Below, piece after piece: positions 10,338 through 22,181 of a stretch of DNA of 64,000 bases (positions are counted from its first letter, which is position 1; the number at the start of each line of letters is the position of its first letter). The notes under the pieces were generated by a model. It did not search any database. It saw nothing but the letters and a program-made list of their open reading frames with translations, and had not been told where the DNA came from. Source of the DNA: Macrostomum lignano (lineage: Eukaryota); assembly GCA_002269645.1 (NCBI GenBank), contig NIVC01001895.1, positions 122,772 to 186,771 of the forward strand, read 5' to 3'. A program made the translations under genes and the position numbers.

Positions 10338-10577
10338 AGTAGAATTGCGTTCTTAAGCCCGTTTTCAATTTTTGCGTACGCAATAGTTTGTGTCCCGTTT
10401 TCATTTTTTCGTTTTTGTTTTTTGTAATGCCGGCGATATCCACGCGTCGCGTCAAAGTTTTTCTGTTATTTTTCGGCCGTCGTTTTTTGAATTAACTTTT
10501 TTTCAGACTTGCTTGTTCATGCGTTGCTTTTTGCTTGACATCCCCTTTCTCCTCTTCTTTTTCTTGGAGGGGGAGGA

Positions 10578-11286
10578 TGTTGGGCTGCGCCCTTCCAGTG
10601 TGTATGTACTCGTACTTTTGTTTTCAGTTTTCATGCCACCCCGCCACGTCCCCCGTCTCGCGCCCGGGCCAGGGTTTGTGAGAGGCGTAAGTCTCAACCC
10701 TGGCCTAGCCCTTTGCACCCAGCCCCCGGCCCAATCTCTGTCCAATCTGGGTGCCGACCCTACCCCCCCCTTCCTCGTTGCCCGCCTCACCCTGGGGCTG
10801 CTCGTATTGGCTGGCTGGTTGATAAGCCGGCTGGGCCCCAGGGTTTGGCTCGCCCTCTCCAGTCTGCCCCACCCCTTCCCCCTTTTTTGTGTATTATTTA
10901 AATGCTAGCCCTGAGCGGGCTGCGCTCCACGTTGGCTCTCTATTGGTGTCCGCTTCGTTCTTACTGTTTTTGCGTTCAACGGCGTACCTCTGCCTTCGCG
11001 TGCCAATACTGCTTCGGGCCAATAAACGCTTCGTTAGTAACTCGATATATCAAGAGGAGGTGAGCTCGAGCTTTCGTTCTTCTGGGTTGCCGCGTGGGGC
11101 CGGGATCTGCAGGGACCTGGGAACGGTGAACTCTCGCCGATCCCAGGGTGTTCGGTCAGGCGAACTCTCGCCGAACCGAGCGAGACAGGGTAGGAATAGC
11201 CGGGGTGAGGGCTGGGACCGGGGTGTCTCAGGCGGGGAGGGCCCGAACCTTGACCCGTCCAGCGGCCATTAGGCCGAGACACAACA
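10578..11286 (+). repeat. Intact 3' LTR (709 bp)
   Basis: TG...CA termini, preceded by the PPT and followed by TSD CTAC; the first 244 bp are duplicated at 7044-7287. Confidence 0.9.
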
Positions 11287-11950
11287 CTACTGTTAACCGC
11301 ATAGGTTTATTGCTTTAACTACTTTTAAAATTTTAAAATCTGGATTGGAAAGAATGCTAGAGAACTAACTAACTACCTAACTAAAGAGCTTTTTTGATGA
11401 GTTGCCCTTATATAATCCTCAGAGATATTTAACTCTTGTAAGAGGTAAATACTTGAAGACTTGAATTACTTGAGGTAAACACGTATTGTTAAATCACATC
11501 ACCAGAGGTAAACTACTTGCAGTAATATTATAAACAATAATTGAACTCGAAAATAAGAAGAAACAAATTCATTTTAAAGTTTGTAAGTGTTATCTGATTA
11601 TACTCAACTGTGCAGAGTATATTTGTTATACAAAGAAAAAGCCTAAAAAGTTTAAAAAAGTTTTCTATTGCTATGTAAATCTGTGAAAAAAACTTGGCTT
11701 ATGTACACTGCACTGCATGTTTAACAAGGACCACAGATACAAGAAGAGCTATAGATATTCACTCGCAAAAAAGAGGTCGACTACACGGTCCACTCTTTTC
11801 AGTAGATATTAGCGTTTGTGCCTAAAATAAATTGTCTTACCGACTCCAGACTGCCAGGCATAAGCGAGTAAGAGAAAATAGGCTGATAAGACAGTTTGGC
11901 TTTCCCCTTGCCCGGTTGCGGCCGACTCTGACCTCTTTTCCTTACTGCTC

Positions 11951-12300
11951 TCTCATTGGCTGAGCAAGATTGGGCCTGCCGTAGACTGAATTTCGTCCGT
12001 TTATCTTTGACCTCTCTCATTGGCTGAGCCAGATTGGGCCTGCCCTAGACTGAATTTCGTCCGTTTATCTTTGACCTCTCTCATTGGCTGAGCCAGATTG
12101 GGCCTGCCCTAGACTGAATTTCGTCCGTTTATCTTTGACCTCTCTCATTGGCTGAGCCAGATTGGGCCTGCCCTAGACTGAATTTCGTCCGTTTATCTTT
12201 GACCTCTCTCATTGGCTGAGCCAGATTGGGCCTGCCCTAGACTGAATTTCGTCCGTTTATCTTTGACCTCTCTCATTGGCTGAGCCAGATTGGGCCTGCC
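11951..12300. repeat. 64-bp tandem repeat, ~5.5 copies, each containing an AGCCAAT box on the minus strand
   Basis: Copies start at 11951, 12015, 12079, 12143, 12207 and 12271 and are nearly identical. Confidence 0.92.
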
Positions 12301-12764
12301 CGCTGCTGCCCGCTTGAGTCTACATCGAGTTAAATGCTTGCTATTCATTCTTAACCCCATAAGCTTAATCAGGCCGCAAACCCAGAGGAAGGAAAAAAAT
12401 TAGCTGCCACATTATATTTAAAAGACACTGCGCAAACAAACTACTGACAAAGAGTAGACGCTCTACTTTTTTCACAAGTTTATTTGGGATTGATACAAGT
12501 ATATCTAGTAATTCTAGCGTCTGTGATTATGACCAACTGCCTATTTGTATACACAATATTTCTGTAAAATTAATACTGTAACCCGCTTAATACTGTAGGT
12601 TTTTGCGACCAAATAAATATTTGAACTGCAGAAGGTCTGTTTATCTTAGCTGTGCTGTAGTGTACAACAACGTGGCGGTAGAAAGATACTATTCATTATT
12701 TGCTGACAAACTGCTGACGCAGTGGAAAGCAGCGAGTGATGTCAGCTAGGACTCAGTTGATTCT

Positions 12765-15700
12765 CTAAGCGCCAACTGCAAGTTTTTACGGGGAAAATTT
12801 ATTAGGTGAGAACGTGAATTTTCCAGATTTTCAGAACTATTTTTACATTAGGTGTGTCAGGAGTCAGGACTAGTTTCTGAAATGTGTCAGGACTAGTTAC
12901 TCAAACGTGTCAGGACTAGTTTATAAAACGTGTCAGGACTAGTTTCTAAAATGTGTCAGGACTAGTTTCTAAAATGTGTCAGGACTAGTTACTCAAATGT
13001 GTCAGGACTAGTTTATAAAACGTGTCAGGACTAGTTTCTGAAATGTGTCAGGACTAGTTACTCAAATGTGTCAGGACTAGTTTATAAAACGTGTCAGGAC
13101 TAGTTTCTGAAATGTGTCAGGACTAGTTTCTGAAATGTGTCAGGACTAGTTACTCAAACGTGTCAGGACTAGTTTATAAAACGTGTCAGGACTAGTTTAT
13201 AAAACGTGTCAGGACTAGTTTCTGAAATGTGTCAGGACTAGTTACTCAAACGTGTCAGGACTAGTTTATAAAACGTGTCAGGACTAGTTTCTGAAATGTG
13301 TCAGGACTAGTTACTCAAACGTGTCAGGACTAGTTTATAAAACGTGTCAGGACTAGTTTATAAAACGTGTCAGGACTAGTTTCTGAAATGTGTCAGGACT
13401 AGTTTATAAAACGTGTCAGGACTAGTTTATAAAACGTGTCAGGACTAGTTTATAAAACGTGTCAGGACTAGTTTATAAAACGTGTCAGGACTAGTTTATA
13501 AAACTTGTCAGGACTAGTTTCTGAAATGTGTCAGGACTAGTTACTCAAACGTGTCAGGACTAGTTTATAAAACGTGTCAGGACTAGTTTATAAAACGTGT
13601 CAGGACTAGTTTATAAAACGTGTCAGGACTAGTTACTCAAATGTGTCAGGACTAGTTTATAAAACTTGTCAGGACTAGTTTCTGAAATGTGTCAGGACTA
13701 GTTACTCAAATGTGTCAGGACTAGTTTATAAAACGTGTCAGGACTAGTTTCTGAAATGTGTCAGGACTAGTTACTCAAACGTGTCAGGACTAGTTTATAA
13801 AACGTGTCAGGACTAGTTTATAAAACGTGTCAGGACTAGTTACTCAAATGTGTCAGGACTAGTTTATAAAACGTGTCAGGACTAGTTTATAAAACGTGTC
13901 AGGACTAGTTTATAAAACGTGTCAGGACTAGTTTATAAAACGTGTCAGGACTAGTTTATAAAACGTGTCAGGACTAGTTTATAAAACGTGTCAGGACTAG
14001 TTTATAAAACGTGTCAGGACTAGTTTATAAAACGTGTCAGGACTAGTTTATAAAACGTGTCAGGACTAGTTTATAAAACGTGTCAGGACTAGTTACTCAA
14101 ATGTGTCAGGACTAGTTTATAAAACGTGTCAGGACTAGTTTATAAAACGTGTCAGGACTAGTTTATAAAACGTGTCAGGACTAGTTTATAAAACGTGTCA
14201 GGACTAGTTTATAAAACGTGTCAGGACTAGTTTATAAAACGTGTCAGGACTAGTTTATAAAACGTGTCAGGACTAGTTTATAAAACGTGTCAGGACTAGT
14301 TTATAAAACGTGTCAGGACTAGTTTATAAAATGTGTCAACTCGTCACAATTTTCTAATCGAGCCCACTTACCTTTAACGGAGCCAGCAGAAGGAACTGGA
14401 ATTATGATGATGTTTGGGATTAATTAATAAATAAATTGTTGGGATAGGGCTTCGAGTTAAATAAATAATATCTATAATTAAGCATGCATTTCGGAATGCA
14501 GTAAGTCAAAATTCACTTATAAGTCACTCATCTAATTAGTAACTCGTCTCATAAGTCACTCATAAGTCACTCACCCCCAGAGCTGAGAATTTTCGCGTTA
14601 GGAGCCTTTTGGGGTCTCCCTGAGGCCTTTGCCGCGGCTCTTCCAAACTTAGATTTGTGCAGTTTTGTCATCTCGGATTTTTCGACTGAAGAAATAATTA
14701 TGAGCATTAAGGGGCTTTGAGATAGAATCTGAGATAATCTACGAAAATATTTCAAAAAGTGGGTGTCAGACAGATTGGGTGTCAGACAGATTGGGTGTCA
14801 GATAGATTGGGTGTCAGACAGATTGAATGTCAGACAGATTAGGTGTCAGACAGATTGGGTGTCAGATAGATTAGGTGTCAGACAGATTGGGTGTCAGATA
14901 GATTGAATGTCAGACAGATTGGGTGTCAGATAGATTGAATGTCAGACAGATTAGGTGTCAGACAGATTGGGTGTCAGACAGATTGGGTGTCAGACAGATT
15001 GAATGTCAGACAGATTAGGTGTCAGACAGATTGGGTGTCAGATAGATTGGGTGTCAGACAGATTGAGTGTCAGACAGATTGAGTGTCAGACAGATTGGAT
15101 GTCAGACTGATTGGGTATCAGATAGATTGAATGTCAGACTGATTGGGTATCAGATAGATTGGGTATCAGATAGTTTGGGTGTCAGACAGATTGAGTGTCA
15201 GACAGATTGGATGTCAGACTGATTGGGTGTCAGATAGATTGGATGTCAGACAGATTGGGTGTCAGACAGATTGGGTATCAGATAGATTGGATGTCAGACA
15301 GATTGGGTGTCAGACAGATTATATGTCAGAATGTTGGCTCAATGTTGGAAATTTTAGCTCATTGTAATACGTGAAGGATCATAACAGTGAAAACATGAGT
15401 ATAATGATAAAATTGATATACTTACAATTTTTAAATTTTCTAAAAGCCTTGTTACCCTTCAGGACGCTTCTTTTGTAAACTGAAAAAATTGTAAGAGGAT
15501 AATTTTTTTAGTATAACATTGAAAAGAAATTTGAAGGCGCTGTGTACAGTACATTGAGGTGTTTGTGGTGTGTCTCGAAAGACATTGAGGTGTCTGTGGG
15601 GTCTCGGAATATATTGAGGTGTCTCAGAAGACATTAGAGGTTTGTTTGTGGGGTGTCTCGGAAGACATTGAGGTGTCTGTGGTGGGTCTCGGAAGACATT

Positions 15701-16173
15701 GAGGTGTCTGTGGTGGGTCTCGGAAGACATTGAGGTGTCTCAGAAGACATTAGAGGTTTGTTTGTGGGGTGTCTCGGAAGACATTGAGGTGTCTGTGGTG
15801 GGTCTCGGAAGACATTGAGGTGTCTCAGAAGACATTAGAGGTTTGTTTGTGGGGTGTCTCGAAAGACATTGAGGTGTCTGTGGGGGGTCTCGGAAGACAT
15901 TGAGGTGTCTCCTAAGACATTGAGGTGTCTTTGTGGGGTGTCTCAGAAAACATTTTTAGGTGTCTATGTGGGGTGTCTCAGAAAAAATTGAGGTGTCTGT
16001 GTGGGGGGTGTCTCAGAGTATTATTAAAAGGCAAAGCAACGCCACAGGTGAGATAACTTACGATTTTTGACGCCTCTCAGAGCCGCCCTGCAGGTGGAGC
16101 CGTTCTCTGTCCAGCACAGAAGCAGAAACAGGCAAACGAGCAGCAGCAGTTTCGAAAAAACGCACAATGACAT
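12765..16173 (-). CDS. Secreted Lys-rich peptide precursor (cluster gene 3) with two 24-nt micro-exons, ~93 aa
   Basis: Exons 16173-16062 (112 nt, MSLCVFSKLLLLVCLFLLLCWTENGST-CRAALRGVKN), 15479-15456 (LYKRSVLK), 14685-14575 (VEKSEMTKLHKSKFGRAAAKASGRPQKAPNAKILSSG), 14395-14372 (VPSAGSVK), and a tentative last exon 12775-12765 (VGA*). All introns are phase-1 GT-AG. The last exon is the least certain. Confidence 0.65.
12850..14338. repeat. 23-bp minisatellite (CAGGACTAGTTTATAAAACGTGT plus two variant types), ~64 copies
   Basis: Regular 23-bp period; variants TTCTGAAAT and TACTCAAA are interspersed on the left and the array becomes homogeneous on the right. Confidence 0.97.
14760..15330. repeat. 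16-bp minisatellite GTCAGACAGATTGGGT
   Basis: About 35 copies in an intron of gene 3. Confidence 0.95.
15553..16020. repeat. Compound minisatellite built on GACATTGAGGTGTCT(GTGGTGGGTCTCGGAA)
   Basis: Alternating ~31, ~20 and longer units in the first intron of gene 3. Confidence 0.9.
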
Positions 16174-17061
16174 TTTTGGGCTTGAAGCTGCGACCTTAAA
16201 CACTGACTTTCAGCACTTCACTTTTCAACTTGCCATAATCCGTTATTTTTTTCTATATTCAAAATAAATCTTTTTCAAAGGGCTGCGAGTTGGGCCATAG
16301 ACGAAAAAGTAAAACAATTAAGCGTTGAAATCTTGGAAGTGTTCGATGCGCGTCACAAAACATCGGCAAGCAGCGTGCATTTTAATAAAAGTACATCATT
16401 ATATTTTTAACAACAAAACTAACATAGACTGAAATAGTTCAATAAAAGCGGAAATAGCTATTAAAAACTTATAATATTCGAGCACCTTAGTTTGAAAAAA
16501 GACGATATGTATTGAAAAATACTTTGTAAGCCAGGGCAGCTGCTGCAAAAAATGACACAAAAGCGACTGCTTTCCAAAGCCGATATGTATAGAAAATTAC
16601 TACTTCAAGGAGGGAAGCTGCAAAATTTAGAAATAAACAAATATATAAAATACTATAGAACACCGCCTAAGAAGCCGTGCACACGTGTATTAAGACAAAT
16701 ACACCGAAAGTATGTAATTACTATAAAAGTAAATTTTACAGAATAGCACATTTATTGTAAAAGTACGCTCCAAGAAATTTAGCACAATACGGGACATTTT
16801 GTAGAAAAGTACAAAAGTACACTTTCACTAAAAGTACATTTCATAGAAAACTACATTTCTTTGAAAGGTTAAATGTATATAAAAGTACATTTCTTCAAAA
16901 TTAAACCTAACGTAAAAGTACATTTCTTCAAAATTAAACCTAACGTAAAAGTACATTTCGTAAAAAATAGTTTTTTAAAAGTACACTTTTATTAAAAGTA
17001 CATTTCGTTAGTTTTGTAAAAGTACACTTTTAATAAAAGTACATTTCGTAAAAAGTTAAAT

Positions 17062-17634
17062 TTAGCCAGCGCCAGACAGCGCAGCGGGCAGCAGTTTGGC
17101 GCCATTGATTCCGTGAACGGACACTCGACCCGGACGCACCATGAGGCCGTGTTGCTGCTGACAGGTGAAGTATCTCTTGCCGAGGACTCGGCCGTCGTTT
17201 CGACCCAGCGGTTTTCGTAGTTCAACGCCCAGCCAAACACCGTCGGCAAAGTGCACCCGGCCGATGAAGCGGACGGTGCCCATCAGATTGCCGCAGAGCA
17301 CCTGAAAAGATAAATTAGCAATCCATTTTATTTTATTAGCATCTGAGCGATAGATTAGCAATCCATTCTACTCTATTAGGTTAAGAGATATAGATTAGGA
17401 ATCTATTTTATTTTATTATATTCGAGCGATAGATTAGCAATCCATTTTTATTTTATTAGGTTCGGAAAGATAGATTAGCAATCTATTATATTTTATTAGG
17501 TTCGGAGACAGATTAGCAATCCATTCTATTTTATTAGGTTCGGAGACAGATTAGCAATCCAATTACACATTCATGCATTACAATACTGCAGTCACTATAC
17601 CTGTAATCCTTCGCGCAGAACAAGTGTTGCTTGT

Positions 17635-17696
<62 letters not shown>

Positions 17697-20600
17697 AGTG
17701 GCCGTGGCCTCTGCCTGCCTACCGGCGCACCTGTGCAGCCTGGCAGCAGACGCGAACACTCCGTGACCCTGCGGACAGTGGAAGTACCTTCGCCCCTCCA
17801 CGGATCCGTCATTTCTGCCCACCGCGTTGTCCAGCTCCACCCCGTACCAAACTCCCGGGGCGAAGTGGCACTCGCCAACGAACCGGACGGTGCCTCGACG
17901 TTGGCCGGCTACGATCACTCGGTCGCCGAGGGCGAAACTGTGCCGGGTTCGAACCCGGGCCTCCACGCCGCTGACGTCGATTGCGCCGCGATGGACCCGG
18001 GTGAAGCCGGACACGCGGCTCATGGGGACCAGCACCTGGCCGGGTCGGACACGGGGTCGGACACTTAATTCCTGGACTCTTGATTCCTGATAACCAATTC
18101 TCGGACACCATTCCTGAACACTTCATTCCCGGACTCTCCTTTCCTGGACACTTCATTCTTAGACACTCCATCTTTAAACACTTCATTCCCGGACACTTCA
18201 TTCCCGGACACTTCATTCCCGGACACTTCATTCCCGGACGCTTCATTCCTCCAGACATTTAATTCCCGGACAGTGCGGACACTTCATTCCCGGACACTTC
18301 ATTCCCAGAATCTTCATTCCCAGAATCTTCATTCCCAGACTCTCCATTTCTTCGGACGCTTTATTCCTGGAAATTTAATTCCCGGACATTTAATTCCCGG
18401 ACACTTAATTCCCGGACACTTCATTCCTGGACACTTCATTCCTACGGACACTTCATTCCCGGACACTTCATTCCTAGACACTTCATTCCTAGACACTTTA
18501 TCTTCAGACCCTCCATTCCCGGACACTCACCCCCCGGCCAGCCGGACACTGGAAGTATCTGACTCCGGACACGCAACCGTCGTGTCGGCCAGCCTGCGGC
18601 GTCTCGAGTTCAACTCCGGCCCAGACGCCTGGCGCGAATTCCACGGGGCCCCAGTAGCGGAGGGTGCCGGGCCGGGACCCAGCAACCAGGACTCGGTCGC
18701 CCAAGTTGGAAGGCGGCTGATCGGCTTGCTGCTGCGGTCTCTGCTGCGGCTGCCGCTGTGACTGCTGCTGCTGCTTCTGCAGTGCAGCCGCCTGATGTGT
18801 GATCAGAAGCGATAATTAGGATGATTCTTAGGGGATAATTGGGAAGATTCTTAGGTTATAATTAGGAAGATTCTTAGGGAATAATTATGGTGATACTTAG
18901 GGGATAATTAGGGAGATTCTTAGGGGGTAATTAGGAAGATTCTTAGGGGATAATTAAGGGTGATTGCGCCTTAATTTTTGTCCTTATTGTCATTAGGGGA
19001 CAATTAGGAAGATTATTAGGGGATAATTATAGGAAGATTCTTAGGGGATAATTAGGAAGCATCTTAGGGGATAATTAGGAAGCATCTTAGGGATAATTAG
19101 GAAGCATCTTAGGGGACAATTAGGAAGTTTATTAGGGGATAATTATAGAAAGATTCTTAGGGGATAATTAGGAAGCATCTTAGGGGATAATTAGGAAGCA
19201 TCTTAGGGGACAATTAGGAAGATTCTTAGGGGATAATTAGGGAAATTGTAAGGGGATAATTAGAGAGATACTTGGGGGTTATTTAGAGAGATTCTTAAGG
19301 GATAATTAGGGCGATTCTTAGAGAACAGTTAGGAAGATTTTTAGGGGATAATTAGGAATATACTTAGAGGATGATTAGGAATATTATTAGGGGACAATTA
19401 GGAAGATTCTTAGGAAATAATTAGGAAGATTCTTAGGCGATGAGTAGGGAGACTCTTAGAGGATAATTGGGGGTAGAATCTTAGGGGATAACAAGGGGAT
19501 AACTAGGGAGATTCTTAATACATCCAACTAAACGTGCTTCCCAGTGAAAGAAGAGGAGTGAAAGGCAAAGGCAAGGGAAGTCCAACCTCTTCAAACGCTG
19601 ACGAAGCCACCGAAGCGGTTGATGAAGCGGACGACAGCGGAGCTGCAGCCGCGGCAGCCGGCACCGAAGCGGTGGACGAAGCGGACAGCCGAGGCGGTCG
19701 CTCAGGCCGACTGCCAGCCAGTAAAGTGAGCAGTCTCGATCGGATCTCTCGATTCTCAGCCGAAGAGTTCGAGTTGAACAAACCAGAGGTCAGTTGAGGC
19801 AGGCAGTCGACGGGACGCCGGAGCAACTCGTCTGTGGCTGCCAGAGCTGCCTGACCTGCGCTGGAGACCAGCAGGCGGGCGCTGCCTTCGCTCAGGTGTG
19901 CAGCGGCCAGGTGCAGCGGGGTGGCGTCTTCGAACTCGGTGCATCTGATTGTGAAAGATGGCATGAATTGTTAAAGAGTCGGTTCTGAGTTCGAACTCTA
20001 TTATGACCGTTTACTATGAGTATGTTTGTACTTTAGTCTATGACCGGTTTCTATGAGTATGTTTCTACTTTAGTCTATGACCGGTTCTATGAGTATGTTT
20101 GTACTTTAGTCTATGACCGGTTTCTATGAGTATGTTTGTACTTTAGTCTATGACCGGTTTACTATGAGTTTGATTGTACTTAGTCTATGAAAGGTTTCTA
20201 TGAGTTTGTTTGTACTTTAGTCTATGGCTGGTTTTTGAGTTTGTACTTTAGTCTATAGCTGTTTTCTGAGTTTATACTTTAGTCTATGGCTGTTTTCTGA
20301 GTTTGTATTTTAGTCTATGGCTGGTTTTTAAGCTTGTACTTTAGTCTATGGCTGGTGTTTGAGTTTGTACTTTAGTCTATGGCTGGTTTTTAAGCTTGTA
20401 CTTTAGTCTATGGCTGGTTTCTGAGTTTGTAATTTAGTCTATGGCTGGTTTCTGAGTTTGTAATTTAGTCTATGGCTGGTTCTGAGTTTGTACTTTAGTC
20501 TATGGCTGGTTTCTGAGTTTGTACTTTAGTCTATGGCTGGTTTTTTAGTTTGTACTTTAGTCTATGGCTGTTTTCTAAGTTTGTACTTTAGTCTATGGCT

Positions 20601-22181
20601 GGTTTTTAAGCTTGTACTTTAGTCTATGGCTGGTTTTTGAGTTTGTACTTTAGTCTATGGCTGGTTTTTAAGCTTGTACTTTAGTCTATGGCTGGTTTCT
20701 GAGTTTGTAATTTAGTCTATGGCTGGTTTCTGAGTTTGTAATTTAGTCTATGGCTGGTTTCTGAGTTTGTAATTTAGTCTATGGCTGGTTTCTGAGTTTG
20801 TAATTTAGTCTATGGCTGGTTTCTGAGTTTGTAATTTAGTCTATGGCTGGTTTCTGAGATTGTACTTTAGTCTATGGAGGTTGCCAAAGTGACCCCCACT
20901 AACCTAGCCAATGGATCAGCCCCGGCCTCTAGCAGAACTTCCACCGCCTCTTGACAGTTGAACATTGTCGCCAGGTGCAACGGGGTTACGTCTGTCCACC
21001 GACTGCGCGCCTCAGGCTGAGCCCCAGCCAAGAGAAGTCCGCGCATGGCGTTGGCCGCCGCGGAGGGACTCGCCAACGCACCGCATTTTGCCGCAAAATG
21101 AAGCTGAGCAAAGTCGGTCACCTTGATGCGGTGGCAATACAGGAAGTCAGTCTTCCTTTAAGGCGGCCGAACTATTTATAGATTTTGTTGCCAGTGGTGA
21201 TTTCAGTGGGGTGCCAGGGGATTTCAGTGGGGTGTCAGGGGGTTTCAGTGGGGTGTCAGGGGGTTTCAGTGGGGTTTCAGTGGGGTGTCAGGAGGTTTCA
21301 GTGGGGTGTCAGGGGGTTTCAGTGGGGTGTCAGGGGGTTTCAATGGAGTGTCAGGGGGTTTCAATGGAGTGTCAGGGGTTTTAATGGAGTGCCAGGATGT
21401 TTCAGTGGGGTGTTAGGGGATTTCAGTGGGGTGTCAGGAGATTTCAATAGGTGTCAGGGGGTTTCAATGGAGTGCCAGGAGGTTTCAGTGCGGTGTTAGG
21501 GGATTTCAGTGGGGTGTTAGGGCATTTCAGTGGTGTTAGGGGATTTCAGTGGGTGTCAGGTGATTTCAGTGGGGTGTCAGGAGATTTTTTCAGTGGGGTA
21601 TCAGGGGTGATTTCGGTGGGGTGTCAGGGGTTTAAATGGAGTGTCAGGAGGTTTCAGTGGGGTGTCAGGGGTGATTTCGGTGGGGTGTCAGGGGGTTTAA
21701 ATGGAGTGTCAGGAGGTTTCATTGGGGTGTCAGGGGTGATTTCAGTGGGGTGCCAGGGGATTTCAGTGGGGTGTCAGGGGGTTTCAGTGGGTGTCAGGGG
21801 AGTAAGAAAATACACTGGGGTATCAGTTAGAAAAATTGAAATTATGTCAACAAGAAAGCCAGTAAAAGTACACGCTTTTCAACACAGACAAAAGCACTAA
21901 AAAGTAAGATAAACAATATCAAATCATCGACTCACTTGATCACGATCGTTTGGTCCAACGCCTAGCTCAGCCAGACGGTCAACTATCTCAGGCAGCAGCT
22001 GCTGGGCAGGTCGGGTCCATTGGCGAATCAGGGCGAATAGCTGATTAGGAGTTGCCACCTCCAGCTGCTGGGAGCAGCCTGAGCACTGCAGATCGAATAG
22101 CTCCGCTCCAAGAGACTGGCATCTTAAGCAGAGGGGTGCCAGAACACTCTCATAGATTTGGAACTCCTGGGAATGAGGCAT
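17062..22181 (-). CDS. CLIP4: CLIP3/CLIP4-like protein: ankyrin repeats + three CAP-Gly domains, polyQ tract
   Basis: Exons 22181-21936 (LFALIRQWT...GVGPNDRDQ), 21121-20904 (VTDFAQLHFAAKCGA...SRWTDVTPLHLA), 19944-~19587 (CTEFEDATPLHLAA; donor uncertain), 18791-18531 (CAP-Gly GRHDGCVSGVRYF), 18035-17601 (CAP-Gly GRNDGSVEGRRYF + ~22 Q), 17301-17062 (CAP-Gly GRNDGRVLGKRYF). The true start could lie further upstream. Confidence 0.88.
18095..18525. repeat. 15-bp intronic minisatellite CACTTCATTCCCGGA
   Basis: Tandem copies between CAP-Gly exons. Confidence 0.9.
18815..19515. repeat. ~23-bp intronic minisatellite GGGGATAATTAGGAAGATTCTTA
   Basis: About 30 degenerate copies in a CLIP4-like intron. 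Confidence 0.9.
19995..20880. repeat. Intronic minisatellite, ~38-bp units grading into 31-bp units (CTTTAGTCTATGGCTGGTTTCTGAGTTTGTA)
   Basis: Tandem array in CLIP4-like intron 2. Confidence 0.92.
21190..21800. repeat. Degenerate ~20-bp G-rich minisatellite (GGGGTGTCAGGGGTTTCAGT)
   Basis: Fills CLIP4-like intron 1. Confidence 0.88.

Larger units (their letters stand above)
7044..11286 (+). mobile_element. Ty3/Gypsy-like LTR retrotransposon, internally deleted, with extra 3' ORFs
   Basis: Termini TGTTG...CAACA and 4-bp TSD CTAC (7040-7043, 11287-11290). The 5' LTR remnant 7044-7287 is near-identical to the start of the 3' LTR (10578-11286, 709 bp). Polypurine tract GGAGGGGGAGGA abuts the 3' LTR. 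The 5' LTR is fused directly to integrase sequence; PBS, gag, protease, RT and RNase H are missing. Confidence 0.92.
5595..11299. mobile_element. Non-autonomous foldback / long-inverted-repeat element, interrupted by an LTR retrotransposon
   Basis: 5595-~6155 is the imperfect reverse complement of ~6470-7043. The left end CGGTTAACAGTAGAAAGACCATGG is matched by GTGGTCTTTCTAC[LTR insertion]TGTTAACCG at 7031-7043/11291-11299. No transposase recognised. Confidence 0.65.

Noticed and set aside
12850-14338. CRISPR-like array (also 31470-31740, 38010-38820 and others)
   Set aside because: Units are head-to-tail with no unique spacers, no cas genes are present, and the context is eukaryotic introns.
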